A stretch of 64,000 bases of DNA from the human T2T-CHM13v2.0 reference genome, Homo sapiens. Within the stretch, counting starts at the first letter, position 1. Each line of letters starts with the position of its first letter. A program made the position numbers and the translations under genes. Under the pieces are notes generated by a model, which was not told the DNA's origin, did no database searches, and worked only from the letters and a program-made list of their open reading frames with translations. The stretch is taken from the NCBI RefSeq assembly GCF_009914755.1, contig NC_060939.1, one strand, 5' to 3'. Positions 1 through 12,611 of this stretch are shown one piece after another.

Positions 1-3000
1 TCAAATTCAATAGGCAAACTGCTTCAACATGCCTCAGAGCTGGGCAGAACAGTTATGTCTTCATTCCCCCCAGCCCCCCAACCAGCCCCCGGTGCAATGA
101 GATTTTTACCACCGTCTTTTCAGGCATGAAATGAGCACAGTTACAAAAAATAATTTCAAACAAGTGTTTTACTACTCTGTTGGGTCACTGTAGATTTATT
201 TTCCTGCAAACTCCTCAATTGGATGGAATACATTACCGCCAGGCTGAGTTGCTTAGAATCATCTCTAGATAACACATGCTGGAAAGCAAGAAGGGGATCC
301 GTTTATTCATTAACTTCCATAAACTGCTGATGTAGATTTTGATGAAAAATGTGCTTGCATCCCAAGTGTTTGCTTTAGTACAAAATTAAGAGCATCAAAT
401 CTTATAAAGTGACACCATTGCTATAATGGATTACACAAAGAACTGAAGGGAAGAATTCTGCTATACCAGCAACCAAAAGCAAATATCCTGTTCTCAGAAA
501 ACAAAATATTATGCCTGTCTGCTGATCGATTTCAGAAGAGAGAAATTAATGCCTTTCACCCTCCATCAAGGCTCTACAATATTTTGAATTCACTTCTGGG
601 AGTTTGAAATTTTTAAAGAGAAAAATAGAGCTTGCTTAATGTCAGGAACATCAAATAACTGTTTGATGTTGGACGCTCTTACTACAAAATCAGCCTACTA
701 TCTTCAGTTAGGATGACTGAGTATCAGATTAGTTTTCAGGGTGGGAACTGGCTCGAATATGTGGATTCCCAATGAGGTAGTCAGCAGACTTTAACAGACA
801 AAATCATTCTTTTCTTGCAGAGGTGAATTTACTTTTGAAACCCTCAGAAGGATTCTTTCTAAAACAAAAGACTCTTTAAGGAGTCCGATATGTAAAACAA
901 CAACAACAAAAATCTTGGTGAAACAGTTCTAAACTCAACCACACATCCTTATCCATTCCTGGACACTGCCCCTCCCCCATATCAGAATGCAAAGCCTGAA
1001 AGAAAGTGGAATGATTAAAATTAAATAGAGCATCTACTAAAGTCCTTAAACCAACGAACCATTATAAAACATTCTAGATTCTGAAGATGGAAAAGGAGAA
1101 AGATCTTTTTAAAAGCAGACTTACATCATTGACTAGGTGTTTTCTACCCTAGCTCCTATATGTTTATGTAGAGGGTGTTACAGACATTTGGAAGGATTTG
1201 GGAGTTTCAAAAGAGAGAAGTTTATACATTAGTGCTGCAAGTTGCAAAACACTGTTGATATTCAAATGTTTATTGTGCAAAATCTGGGATAAGCTTCAGC
1301 ATGAGGGCCCCTTTAAGTGCCTACAACTCTTGCTAATTCCCCTCAGCATTGAGGCGCGCACAAAGGCCCTAATCCAATTCCACTTTTTTTCAGAAAGCCT
1401 ATGCTATTTTCTCTCACATAAACTAACAACACTACCCCATCACACTGCAGAGTGGGTCAAAGAAAAAGCGCTCTCTGTTTATACTTCACCAACACTTTGT
1501 GTTTCTTGGGCAAGCATGGCAAGGAACTTTAAGTGGTTCCCCAGGCCCCACGACATCTTTAGGGGGAGAAAAGCCTTCAGGCATGGAGGTGGTAGTTTTT
1601 AAGAACAAAAAAATATAGTGGGATGTTAAGCATTCTCCTTCTCTGTTATCTGGGAAAAGACATTGATCGCTTGAGCCTCATTCTTGCAGTTGTGATTTAA
1701 ATGATAGAAGTCAGGCATGCTTTGGTAAGGTAACATGCACATTTTGATAAGGTGGTATTATTTTTCTCTAGAATTGTTGGTTCTCCTTCTCTCTTTCATC
1801 TGTCTGTCTCTCTCCTTTCCTTCCTCTATATCTTCCTTTCTTCCTTTCTCTCCCTTTACCACATCCCTAGTACGATTGCCTTTCATTATTTCCTGCAGAG
1901 ATTTCTTAAGCTCACAGAAACCACACTCATTATTTATTTTCTCTCAATTACTAGTTCCTGTTATCAAAATGAGAAATTGATTCTGCCCAAATTTTAGGCA
2001 AATCATTTATTGCATCTGCGATTTGGGTGACAATTTCTAATTTCAGGTAGAAATTCTTTTAAAAAATAATAACACCAGCTGTTCGCAGTGGAAATCAGGC
2101 ATTTGCCTCTGATTGTGAGTACACAAGTGACCAATTACTCTAGTAATTAAGTAACTGTGGGTGCTGTTAGAAATGACCACGATTCTGTCCCAGAAGTGAA
2201 TTATAGGCGTAGGGATAGGATGCCAAATTGAGAATGGGTAGGAGTCAGTTTCAGAGTTATGCTTTGGCAATTGGTGTCATCAAAAATCAAACCACACAGA
2301 ATTCTGTGTCCTATTAGAGAAAAGGATGGCTTGCTTCTATTGACTTCTATTCATGATGTCAAACTGATGAAGTGCATATTGGTTATTTTTGAATATTTCC
2401 ACATTTCCATAAAACCAATGAGAAGAAATTCTGATGGAAAGATATGAGGTTAGTGTGTTTGTAACTGAGACAGCAGATCTTTATGTCTCTGTCCTGAAAG
2501 ATTACTTTGTGTTCAATAAAAATAGAAAACAACAAGATACATTTGATGCAGGTCTTAATAAATCTTAAAGATACTAATCTTTGCAGAAAAAAAAACATTA
2601 CTACAAGGTAAGATTAACCTATGGCAATATTTGGTAATTTTCCTAATGGATCACATCAAACATTTGAAATGGTGTCTCTTCTTGACTACATCCACAGTAG
2701 CTGGGATCAATTTTCTACAAGGCACCCCAAACTAAACTCTAAAGTGGTTGGAAAAAGGAATTTTCTATGATTAGTTTGTGTCAGAAGCAAGAAAATATCA
2801 AGTCGATCATATCTGAGCCTCTAAATCAATCACATTTTAAGGTCTGGTACAAAGCCTCTGTACTTTAAGTTTCTATGTTATCTACACACAAGAACCTTGG
2901 TATACTTTCCACTTTTAAAATTTCTTGATTTTGTTTAATCTTTGAAATTATTTACAAGTACTTTCAACTAGTAAAAAAAAAAAAGTCTGCATGAAGCAGC

Positions 3001-3545
3001 CTAACGGTGGACAATTCTGACATCACGAAGCAGAGCAAATCCCTCTCAAATCTGGTTTGATATCTGATGGTCAGCTCTTGCATTATCGAAATTAAATCAC
3101 TTATGTAATTAGCATGGTTTTCAGCCTCGCGGGCCTACTCAGTAGACAGGCCAAAGGCCCAAATGAACATGGAAATGGATTTCTTTTTTTGCTCAAGAGG
3201 TCACTATTGGAGGTGAATCTGCATTGTGAGTGGGCCGCATCTCTTCTACTGGAAAAGGGTGGCAGGACCACAGTTTCTCCTAAAAATGGCAGTGACGTAA
3301 CTTAAACACAGAAAACATGAAATTGTGCTCTTTCAGCATAATAGAAAAAGTCTGTGGCTTGTAACAAACTGTAATATACAGCCTAAGGGTGAAGAGTTCA
3401 GACATGAGCCAACAATGCAAATCACACTCGAATCTGGTCTGGATCCTGGTGGTCAGTCATTAAGTCACTTGAGTAATTAGCAACAGTTTATTTTTTGAGG
3501 CTTTCATTAGTTGGACCAAAGATATGAATAAAGCATTCCTTTCCT

Positions 3546-3802
3546 CAGGGAAGGAAAAAAAAAAGGGAAGCAAGGAAGGGAGGAAGGGAGGGAAGGAGGA
3601 AGGAAGGAAGGAAGGCAAGAAGGAAGGAAAGCAAGAAGGAAGGAAAGAAGGAAGGCAGGCAAGAAAGAAGGGTCCGGGAGGGAAGAAGGAAGGAAGGAAA
3701 GGAAGAAGGGAGGGAGGAAAGGAAGAAGGGAGGGAGGAAAGGAAGAAGGGAGGGAGGAAAGGAAGAAGGGAGGGAGGAAAGGAAGAAGGGAGGGAGGAAG
3801 GA
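3546..3802. repeat. Purine-rich GGAA/GGGA simple repeat ending in a 20-bp minisatellite (GGAAGAAGGGAGGGAGGAAA)
   Basis: Four perfect 20-mers at 3701-3780 and one near-perfect copy at 3781-3800, preceded by degenerate GGAA repeats. Confidence 0.95.
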
Positions 3803-3910
3803 AAACACATTTGGAGACAAAAGTAGAGTCAAATATTTAGTCACCAAAATATACTGGAGAGATTGATTGGAAGACAAATGTTGTTTTTGAGCTACTTGTG
3901 AAGACCCTTT

Positions 3911-4209
3911 CTTTCTTCCTCTACCTCTCTCCCTCTCTCTCTGTCTCTCTCTCTTTGAGACAGGGTCTCGCTCTGTCCCCCAGGCTGGATCATGGCTCAC
4001 TGCAGTCTCCCCATCCTGGGCTCAAGCCATCTTCCCACCTCAGCCTCCCAAGTAGCTGGGACTATAGACAGGTGCCACTACACCTGGCTAGTTTTTGTAT
4101 TTTTTATAGAAACGGGGTCTCCCTGTGTTGCCCAGCTTGGTCTCGAACTCCTGGGCTCAAGTGATCCTCCTGCTTCAGCCTCCCAGAGTGCTGAGCCACC
4201 GTGCCCCGC
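3911..4209 (-). mobile_element. Alu (old, AluJ-like) with internal deletions and a CT-rich tail
   Basis: GAGACAGGGTCTCGCTCTGTC...CTCCTGGGCTCAAGTGATCCTCC...GAGCCACCGTGCCC; ACCCTTTCT on both flanks is a probable TSD. Confidence 0.92.
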
Positions 4210-4397
4210 AAACCCTTTCTGTTTCAAATAAACCTTGCCAGTTTCATTTACTTAGAGAAGAAAAGGAGTGCACTTTAAATTCATGTTAAAACCAAGTCAG
4301 TGAGATGGAGTGAAGGTGGAATTCAGCATAGGGAGTCAGGGTATCTGAAAGCATTGCCCCTGGGGTTTCTACATCCTGAATGTAAAACTCAAAATGC

Positions 4398-4518
4398 TGA
4401 TGTGCTTATTTCACATTGCATGCCTGTATCAAAACATCTCATGCACTCCATAAATATATACAGCTGCTATGTACCCACAGCAATTTTTTAAAAATTAAAT
4501 AACAAAATAAAAATAAAT
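4398..4518 (+). mobile_element. Severely 5'-truncated L1 3' end (L1MA1-3-like)
   Basis: CATTGCATGCCTGTATCAAAACATCTCATG...TATGTACCCACA plus A-rich tail; TAAAACTCAAA on both flanks (from 4383 and from 4518). Confidence 0.85.
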
Positions 4519-5346
4519 AAAACTCAAATACTTTTGTGGCTGGCACGTATCAAAAGCATATGGGGCCTCCAGTTAGGCCCATGGCCAACTGCAGAGTGCA
4601 TGTCCTGCCTGAGTTATAAGTATATTCTTGTTTAACAAGGCCACTACCCTAATGGGCCAGAGGACAGCACTTGTAAGGAGGGAGGATGCTTAGCAGGTCT
4701 GAACTTCAAAATTTTCAACATTGAAATGGCCTCTAACACACATGCTTACTTCAAATATAGTAGCATAATTGTAACATTCTCTTATTGCTATATAGCATTT
4801 ATTTTCTTTAATTCAGCATAAAATAGATCACAGTAAAAAAGATAGTGATGAAGTGAGCTGTGACTTACTTGACAAATCACTTTTAGTTTCTTTTTTGCTA
4901 ATTTAATAAGACCTCAGCAGCCATCCTGCTGGGTTGGTGGTCAGGCGATCTCAGGCGTTACAGGTTCTTTTTCCAGTTTCCTCTTCATTCCCATAGTTGG
5001 CCCAGCTCCTGGGGAGTGACACAGCACCAAGGTGTTAGGAAGGCCTCCTCAGCTGGCCATCTATCACAGGCCACCAAGTCATACTTGAATTCTGACACTC
5101 TCAGGGGCTGCTGCTTCCTGGTCATTCGGTCCAGTGGCTCCATGGCTTTTATATCAGGTTTGGGACATGGATGAATCAGGGGTGACTTTGGGAGTTTCTT
5201 TCTGGGGTTTCCCCTCTGAGCTTCTGTTTCCAACATAGTGCAGGCCTCAGTTTCTCCCATAGAGGCACTGTTGCCAACATCTGGCCTCTTTTAGCTCAGA
5301 GAAAGCTCTGCCTCAGCCTTCCCCTACAGTGCTCCTCTCTTCCCTT

Positions 5347-5430
5347 TCTTGAACTCCTGACTTCAAGCTATCTTCCTACTTTGGCCTCCCAAAGTGCTGG
5401 GATAACAGGTGTGAGCCACCGTACTTGGCC
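5347..5430 (-). mobile_element. Alu fragment, first ~85 nt of the left monomer only
   Basis: TCTTGAACTCCTGAC...GGCCTCCCAAAGTGCTGGGATAACAGGTGTGAGCCACC. Confidence 0.88.
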
Positions 5431-5455
5431 TTCTCTCTCTTCTCTTTCTTTCCAG

Positions 5456-5521
5456 GATCACAGCACAGTGTCTTTGTGAGCTTCCAGGGCTGCTGGGTCA
5501 AAGTCCTTTAGGGGCAAAGAG
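5456..5521 (+). ncRNA. Candidate internal exon (66 nt) of a putative spliced non-coding transcript
   Basis: Acceptor ttctctctcttctctttctttccag|GATC; donor GAG|GTAAGA. Confidence 0.35.
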
Positions 5522-5695
5522 GTAAGAATAAATACACTAAGTGGGTTAGGTGTAAAAGAAAAGAGGGCTGGGGACTTTAGTAGCTGGAGAGTAACTGAAT
5601 GCCTAAAGCCTTCCAAATTCAACGGAAAACACACACAGAAACACACATGCTGTGTACACACACACCACACACCCATGTGAGTATCCTAGTTTAGC

Positions 5696-6010
5696 TTTTA
5701 TTATTATTTTTTAAACACAGTCTCACTCTGTCACCCAGGTTGGAGTGCACTGGTGCAGTCTTGCTCACTGCAACCTCTGCCTCCCGGGCTCAAGCGACCC
5801 TCTCACCCCAGCATCCCAAGTAGCTGAGGCTATAGGTGCATGCCACCATGCCTGGTGAATTTTTGTATTTTTCCTAGAGTCAGGGTTTCGCTATGCTGCC
5901 CAGGGTTTCGCTATGTTCGAGGCTGATCTCGAACTACTGGGCACAAGTGATCCACCTGCCTCGGCCTCCCACAGTGCTGGGATTACAGGTGTGAGCCACC
6001 ACGCCCAGCC
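5696..6010 (-). mobile_element. Alu (AluJb/early S-like) with an internal tandem duplication
   Basis: Full dimer antisense; CAGGGTTTCGCTATG at 5881 and again at 5901. Confidence 0.95.
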
Positions 6011-6207
6011 TTGTTTAATCTTTCACAAAATACAGGAAGAGTCCTTGAATATCTACTTTCAATTCTAGAAAACTTTTTGAGATAGAGAAATACAAAAATA
6101 CAAAGCGCTGGGCTACCTGGTCTGACTGGGGTGATGGTGTTGGAGAAATTCAATAACAAATAACAAAATAAAACAGAATACATTAGTCAATAAAAATGAT
6201 ATTTGAC

Positions 6208-6340
6208 AATTTTTTAAATAAAAATTTTTAATAAAAATTTTTAATTTTTTAATAAAAAAATTTTAATAAAAATTTTTAATTTTTTAATAAAAAATTTTAA
6301 TAAAAATTTTTATTAATAAATTTTTAAAATAAATTTTTTA
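6208..6340. repeat. 133-bp pure A/T low-complexity repeat of alternating A and T runs
   Basis: No G or C between C6207 and C6341; repeated AATAAAAATTTTT-type units. Confidence 0.95.
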
Positions 6341-6559
6341 CATAAAAAATTGCTACTTTTTGTGTTAAGTTTTTTTTGAACCAACTGTAGTGTGTTAACA
6401 CACTTAGAAATTTTATTCAAATAAGCATTTGGGTGTCCCCTCTTTTTACCTGGCTCTCTGGTGGGCAGTGAGGTGGATATGAATCTATACTCCCCACGGA
6501 AAACACTCACTATGTACTGGGAACAGCCACAGACAATAAGAAACCTGTGCAAAGTAAGT

Positions 6560-6760
6560 AATTTACATGCAACACTTAATCCTCAAAACAATTGAGGGAG
6601 GCATGATTATCACGCCTGTTTTGCGGATGAGGAAACTGAAACACAAATAGGTTTAGCAAGTAACTTGCTCAAGGTCCCAGAGCTGGGAGGGGGCAGAGGT
6701 AGGATAAAATTGTTGTTTGCTCTGACCTCAGCTCTTAGGAGCCTTCACTATGGCACTGAG
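6560..6760 (-). mobile_element. MIR SINE
   Basis: GATGAGGAAACTGA...AAGTAACTTGCTCAAGGTCCCAGAGCT core. Confidence 0.8.
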
Positions 6761-7140
6761 TCAAGCTGATCATTTATATCCAGTAGAATTTATGGGGCTA
6801 GACCCTGTCCTTTAAGATGCAGACTGACATCAGAGTCTGGAAAAGAGTTATTTGCTCAAGTTTATGCTTGGTGTGAAGATGAGAATTTATCTATCCAGGC
6901 TCTGGCAGGGCCCAGACTCTGGAAGGACCCAGTCAGGAGGCTTATGCAGCTGCCAAATCAACCCCAAAAAGATGCTCCCTGGAGCCACTCACTTTCTAAC
7001 TGAAACACACCAGTCCTATTCACAGGTAGATCAGCCAGCAAAGGCTTATTTAAACTCTGCTCTCGACAGCTTTCTCCCACCTTATAAACTCAAAAGGGGA
7101 CAGGCAGAAAGGGGCTCACAAAAGCCTCTTCTCCCTGCAG

Positions 7141-7203
7141 CTCTTGTAATAGGCTCATTAAGCACCCGCCTGGGCTTGTTACAAAATACTTTGGAAGCAG
7201 CCG
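7141..7203 (+). ncRNA. Candidate internal exon (63 nt)
   Basis: Branch-like CTCAC at 7115; acceptor cctcttctccctgcag|; donor CCG|GTAAGT. Confidence 0.35.
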
Positions 7204-8699
7204 GTAAGTAGCTGACTGTTTGTAACAGATAATATCAAATTGGAGAAACATGTAAAAGCACAGACAAAAACAGTAAAATGAGATGTGCTCTAATGATACC
7301 AGCCAAATAAGCAGGGAAATAATTAGTCACTCTATGTACATGGTTTGGGATTTGTAGCAGAGCTAATTTTATGTGAGGCCACGTCAACTTTTAGCTTTGG
7401 TGTTTTATGTATGGGGTAAATAAAAGATGTTCCATGGAGAATCCTGTATCGTAGGAAACAAAATGATGCTGCTGTCTCATTATGGAAGTCACAGATAGTA
7501 TTTCTCAAACACTGTTCTTCAGCCTCTCTTAAGGGATGCTGTGGAGTGTTTTGATTATTTATGTTTTTCCTTTCATCAGATATGAATTTATGTTATATAA
7601 ACGAGTCTAATTTTAAATACAATTATTTATTTATAGTAAAGAGATGATATTCATGTTTTTGATGTTAATGCTAAAAACCAGTTTCTTGATTTACAGTTAA
7701 TTCTTCCAGCCTGTCATCTTCTATGTGGGACGTTAAAGTGGGTGCTGTATAAACATTTGACTACTGTTGTCTGCCTTCTGAGAAAGTGCACCTCAAAGGG
7801 ACTTATATTTTGAGGGAGAACTTCTGAATTTGGAGAGAGAATTTGGTTTTTTGCTACCTATGAAATAAGCTTTAGCTTATGTATTAAGTGCTATTACATT
7901 CTTTTCACTGAATTTTGCTCAAGAAAAATCTTTTATTCTTCAGAAAACTACATGTACAACCTCTCTGGGAATGAAACATTTCATATGTCTAAAGATATAA
8001 AAGACATAAAGAGATAGTTTTGCATACCTCATCAGAGAAGAACCATTGGAGTGTTGATTTTATTGATACAACTTTTGATGTCCTGAATATTTGTTGTTAG
8101 ACGTAATTTACAGAGGACCTTATTTATTTCCTCGCTATCCTAGTTAGACACATTGATATGTGAATTGTAGTCTTTACTCACCATTGCCACCCCGGATCCC
8201 TGCCTAATTATAAAAAATTACTCTTATATAAGTTTGAACGTTACTTCTTGTCTTCTGATTTGGGCTTCATGGGGTACCCAGATTCTAAAATTTGGGAAGA
8301 GACAATCGTGTGGAGAGGGAGGCCTGACCCTGAATGAGGGCCCCCAACTTCTAGGCCTTTTCCTGCCTCTGGTGCCACATCTCACCATGGGTACATAACC
8401 TAAGCCAGATGTCCCTTGAGTTCTCATCTGTCAGATGAGAGGATTGGAGAAATAATTTCTCTGTTGACTTCCAGCCCTAAATTCTATTTTTATAATGTGA
8501 TCAATGTAAATTGTACAGACACACAATCTACCATAGGTATCCAGAATGAGCAAACTTACTTCATTAGCTGTATAACTTCTGGAGGGGAAGATGACTTAGT
8601 AAAAAATAATCACAAATAATCTTTTTAAAACTATAAGGCATTTTACATCAAGTGATATTGGATGACAGATAGATTTCTTCCTTTAAAAATTGTTATATG

Positions 8700-8989
8700 A
8701 GGTGAGGTACAGTGGCTCACACCTGTAATCCCACTGACTCTACAGGTTGGGGCAGAAGGATTGCTTGAGGCCATGAGTTTGAGACCAGTCTGGGCCACAT
8801 AGCGAGACCCCAGTCTCTACCAAAAATTTAAAAGTTAGCCATGCATGGTGGTGCATGACTACAGTCCCAGCTACTTAGGAGGCTGAAGGGGGAGGATGGC
8901 TTGAGCCAAGGAGGTGGAGGATGTAGTGAGCTATGTTTGTGCTACTGTACTCCAGCCTAGGTGACAGAATAAGACTCCAACTCTCAAAA
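8700..8989 (+). mobile_element. Alu (AluJ-like, diverged)
   Basis: GTGGCTCACACCTGTAATCCCA...GGATTGCTTGAGGCCATGAGTTTGAGACCAG...ACTCCAGCCTAGGTGACAG. Confidence 0.93.
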
Positions 8990-9059
8990 CAGTTATGACA
9001 TGAAATATCTTTTGTTTGCAATGTAATTTAACTGGACAAAGTACCATGCACATCTGAAG

Positions 9060-9625
9060 ATCTCCTTTCAGACAGTTGAACAATTTTGTCAAGATCAGGC
9101 ATGTACATATTCTTTGACCCAGTAATTTCACTTGTAGGCATTTTTCCTACAGATATAAACATACATATGTGCAAGATGTCTATTTACGTGTGCACACTGA
9201 AACATTGTTTATGACAGCAAAAGATTGGAACAATCTACACGTACATCCAAAGGGAACTGCTTAATAAATCAGGGCACTTACATTTAATAAAATACCATAT
9301 ATTGCTATGGAAATGAGCAGGTCTTTTCCTATAAGAACTGATATGAAAATATCTTCAAAATGGATATTAAGTGAAATAAGCAAAGTGCAGAATGATGTGC
9401 AGAGTAGTCCATCATTGATTTTCTTTAAAGTATAAACATGCACATATTACATGTATATGATATCTCTAAAAGTTTACATGAAAATCTGGTAAGCATGACT
9501 GCCTGAGGGAAGAGAACTGAGAGTCCAGGGGATAGTGATAGAAAGTTAACTTATTTTTCACCGTGTATCGATTCATACCTTTTAAATTTTGTACCATGTG
9601 TATTCACTACTTATTTTTTAAAAAA
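9060..9625 (+). mobile_element. Ancient L1 (L1ME-like), ORF2 end and 3' UTR
   Basis: TTTGACCCAGTAATTTCACTTGTAGGCATTT, ACATTGTTTATGACAGCAAAAGATTGGAAACAA, ATATTAAGTGAAATAAGCAAAGTGCAGAA. Confidence 0.75.
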
Positions 9626-9639
9626 AGCAATACTAAAAG

Positions 9640-9825
9640 CAAATATTTAAATGCTTTGTGTGTACCAAGTATTGCTCTAATGCCTACATGTATTAATTCA
9701 GCGAATCTTTGCAATAACCACATGATATTAGAACTGTTACTATGACCTGTGTCTAACAGACACATAAAATGAGGCGGGAGAAAGTGAAGCCGGTTGCACA
9801 AACTCACACAGACGAGTGGTGAATA
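9640..9825 (-). mobile_element. MIR (diverged)
   Basis: TGTGTACCAAGTATTGCTCTAATGC...AAAATGAGGC...GTGAAG...TTGCACAAACTCACACAG. Confidence 0.6.
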
Positions 9826-9861
9826 ATCTATGCAATTCCCTTCCTAAAGCTCTCCTACTAA

Positions 9862-10156
<295 letters not shown>

Positions 10157-10604
10157 TCCTACTAAAGTTTTAGAAAAACCCTCACAGAAGCCATATATGT
10201 CATAAATGCATACACAGACACATACATACAGGCTTGTTCATACATACAGGCTTATTTAGGGCTCCTAACTTTTCATAGGACTATCCTTTCTCAATATAAA
10301 TGCTTCTCAATTGAATTATAATATAGGGTTTCTCACATTCCAGAGTAGCTTCCTAATTGTACATGGTTCTGCCCAACCTCAAGGCTTAGTGGTGGTTCTT
10401 TGGCCCATGTAAGAGCAGCTAAACTCCATGTGGGGATGTGTCTGTTCCTGATATAACTCTTAGTGTTTGGAGATCCTGTTTCTCCTCACGTTGTCAAAAG
10501 CTGAACTTTTACTGCCTGCTCAACAATGTAATGCTCACTATCTTTTAAAATGCTGTAGTTCTCATCACTCAAATTCACATACATTTGTCTTTCTTGGACA
10601 CATT

Positions 10605-10933
<329 letters not shown>

Positions 10934-11502
10934 AGACACATTTTTTTCCTAAAACATTATTCCAAATGTACATTAGCCTAAGCACTCAGGAAACTCTATC
11001 AACTACCTGCTTTCTCAGGAACAAACAATTTTAGTTTAGTTATAACTACAATGGTAATTAAAAGCAAAATTTCCCCCTAAAATCAGCATTTCATTCTTTC
11101 CTCTAACCACCTGTAAAGAGGACATCACATTATTTATTGACACACTGCTTGCACCCTTAATAGATATTCAAAAATTGATATTGTTAACTGATGGATACAG
11201 AACTCAGTGCACTTAGCAATGACAAGCAAACTAGTTTCAAATGGAAGAAAGAACAGAGAAGTTGTTTAATGGTTAGGAAAGGTGCATTATCTTTTGTCCT
11301 TCACTGTCTGTTATTTAGGAATTAGCTTGACGATATGAGACCCTTTCTCCAGTATGTTTAATTACTTGCCAGCCATTGCTTCAATTTTGAGTTGTCTCTG
11401 CTGATCAACTTCTAAGTTCAGAGACTTACTTCAAGCTACTTTCCGTCTGACTGTGCATGGGCGCTGTAGGTCTTAGATTTCTCACATAGTGTGTCTTTTT
11501 AG

Positions 11503-11582
11503 GTGACTTGTAGCCAGTTTGACGTTGTTACAAATAAAACAGTACAGCAAAACCAAAGAACCCTGAAGCCGCTGCCCCTCAG
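11503..11582 (+). ncRNA. Candidate internal exon (80 nt)
   Basis: CTCAC branch-like motif at 11481; acceptor gtgtctttttag|GTG; donor CAG|GTATGA. Confidence 0.35.
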
Positions 11583-12317
11583 GTATGAGTTCAGGACCTC
11601 CCAGAAGGTGGCCATGAGGATTCAGACCTTTGCTAGGGTTGAGAGAAGGGAAGGGAAAGGAGAAAGGTCACACCCATGAGGTTTGCCTTTCTTTCCAGAA
11701 ATCAACTTTAAGGCTTTGACAGATTACATTCAGTTGGAGCACACTGGCCTGAGAATGTTTTGGTGGGTGGAACAGAAGTTTGTTTGTTTAATAAGCCTTG
11801 CAGAGATATATATTTTTTGGAGAAACCTGGAAACTCCAGTTTCATTCTGTTGCTTTCTACTCCCCTTAAAGTATTTCATGAAATGTAGATCTTTTGAAGG
11901 GATTTATTCTTTTACCAGGCATGGCATTTGGAAGTTCATAGTATGAGCAGTGAGGTTTTGGATCTCATATCAAAGGGTTTAAAGTTAATGATTTTAAGTA
12001 TGGCTGGATTTTATTGCTCCTCTGGTGGGCTGAAAACTTCAGCCACTCTTTGACCTCTGCTCAGTCAATTCAATTCCATCTAATGCTCTGTGACTAATAT
12101 GGTGGATATTTAATCTACTTTGCTGCTGAAATTACTCTTAGAGTCACTTTTTTTTCCTTGAAAAACTTCCTCCTGAGAGAAATTGCTTATCGTAAGCTCT
12201 AAATATGTTGCATATTACAGAATACATTTTTTAAAGCTTTTCTTCCAGAGACAATTAAACTTTGTCACTTATTTTGCTATCACATTACCAATAAGACAGG
12301 AAAAGTTATATTCTTCT

Positions 12318-12611
12318 TCCTTTTTTTTTTGACAGCCTTGCTCTGTTGCCCAGGATGGAGTGCAGTGGCATGATCTCGGCTCAGTGCCATCTCTGCCTTC
12401 CTGGGTTCAAGTGATTCTTGTGCCTCACATCCTCCCGAGTAGCTGGGATTACAGGTGTGCACTACCACGTCTGGCTAATTTTTGTATTTTCAGTAGAGAT
12501 GGGTTTTTGCCATGTTGGCCAGGCTGGTCCCCAGCTCCCGGCCTCAAGTGACCCACCCACCTCGGCCTCCCAAAGTGCTGGGATTACGGGCGTGAGCCAC
12601 TGAGGCTGGCT
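12318..12611 (-). mobile_element. AluS-like
   Basis: Full antisense dimer; degenerate TSD GAAAAGTTATATTCTTCT / GAAAAGTAATATTATTCT. Confidence 0.95.

Noticed and set aside
773-780. TGAGGTAG (let-7 5' end), and TAAGGCAC (miR-124 5' end) near 48343
   Set aside because: Only 8-nt matches; the rest of the mature sequences and the hairpins are absent
1198-1602. 134-aa ORF
   Set aside because: TTG start, no homology or domain, no supporting gene structure
2587-2607. Possible 21-nt microexon (ttgcag|AAAAAAAAACATTACTACAAG|gtaaga)
   Set aside because: Very short pyrimidine tract, branch-like motif too close to the AG, no host coding gene; only the donor is kept as a candidate
3460-4000. ORFs of 100-151 aa (PSFLP/KEGR-rich)
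   Set aside because: Translations of the GGAA simple repeat and the Alu tail
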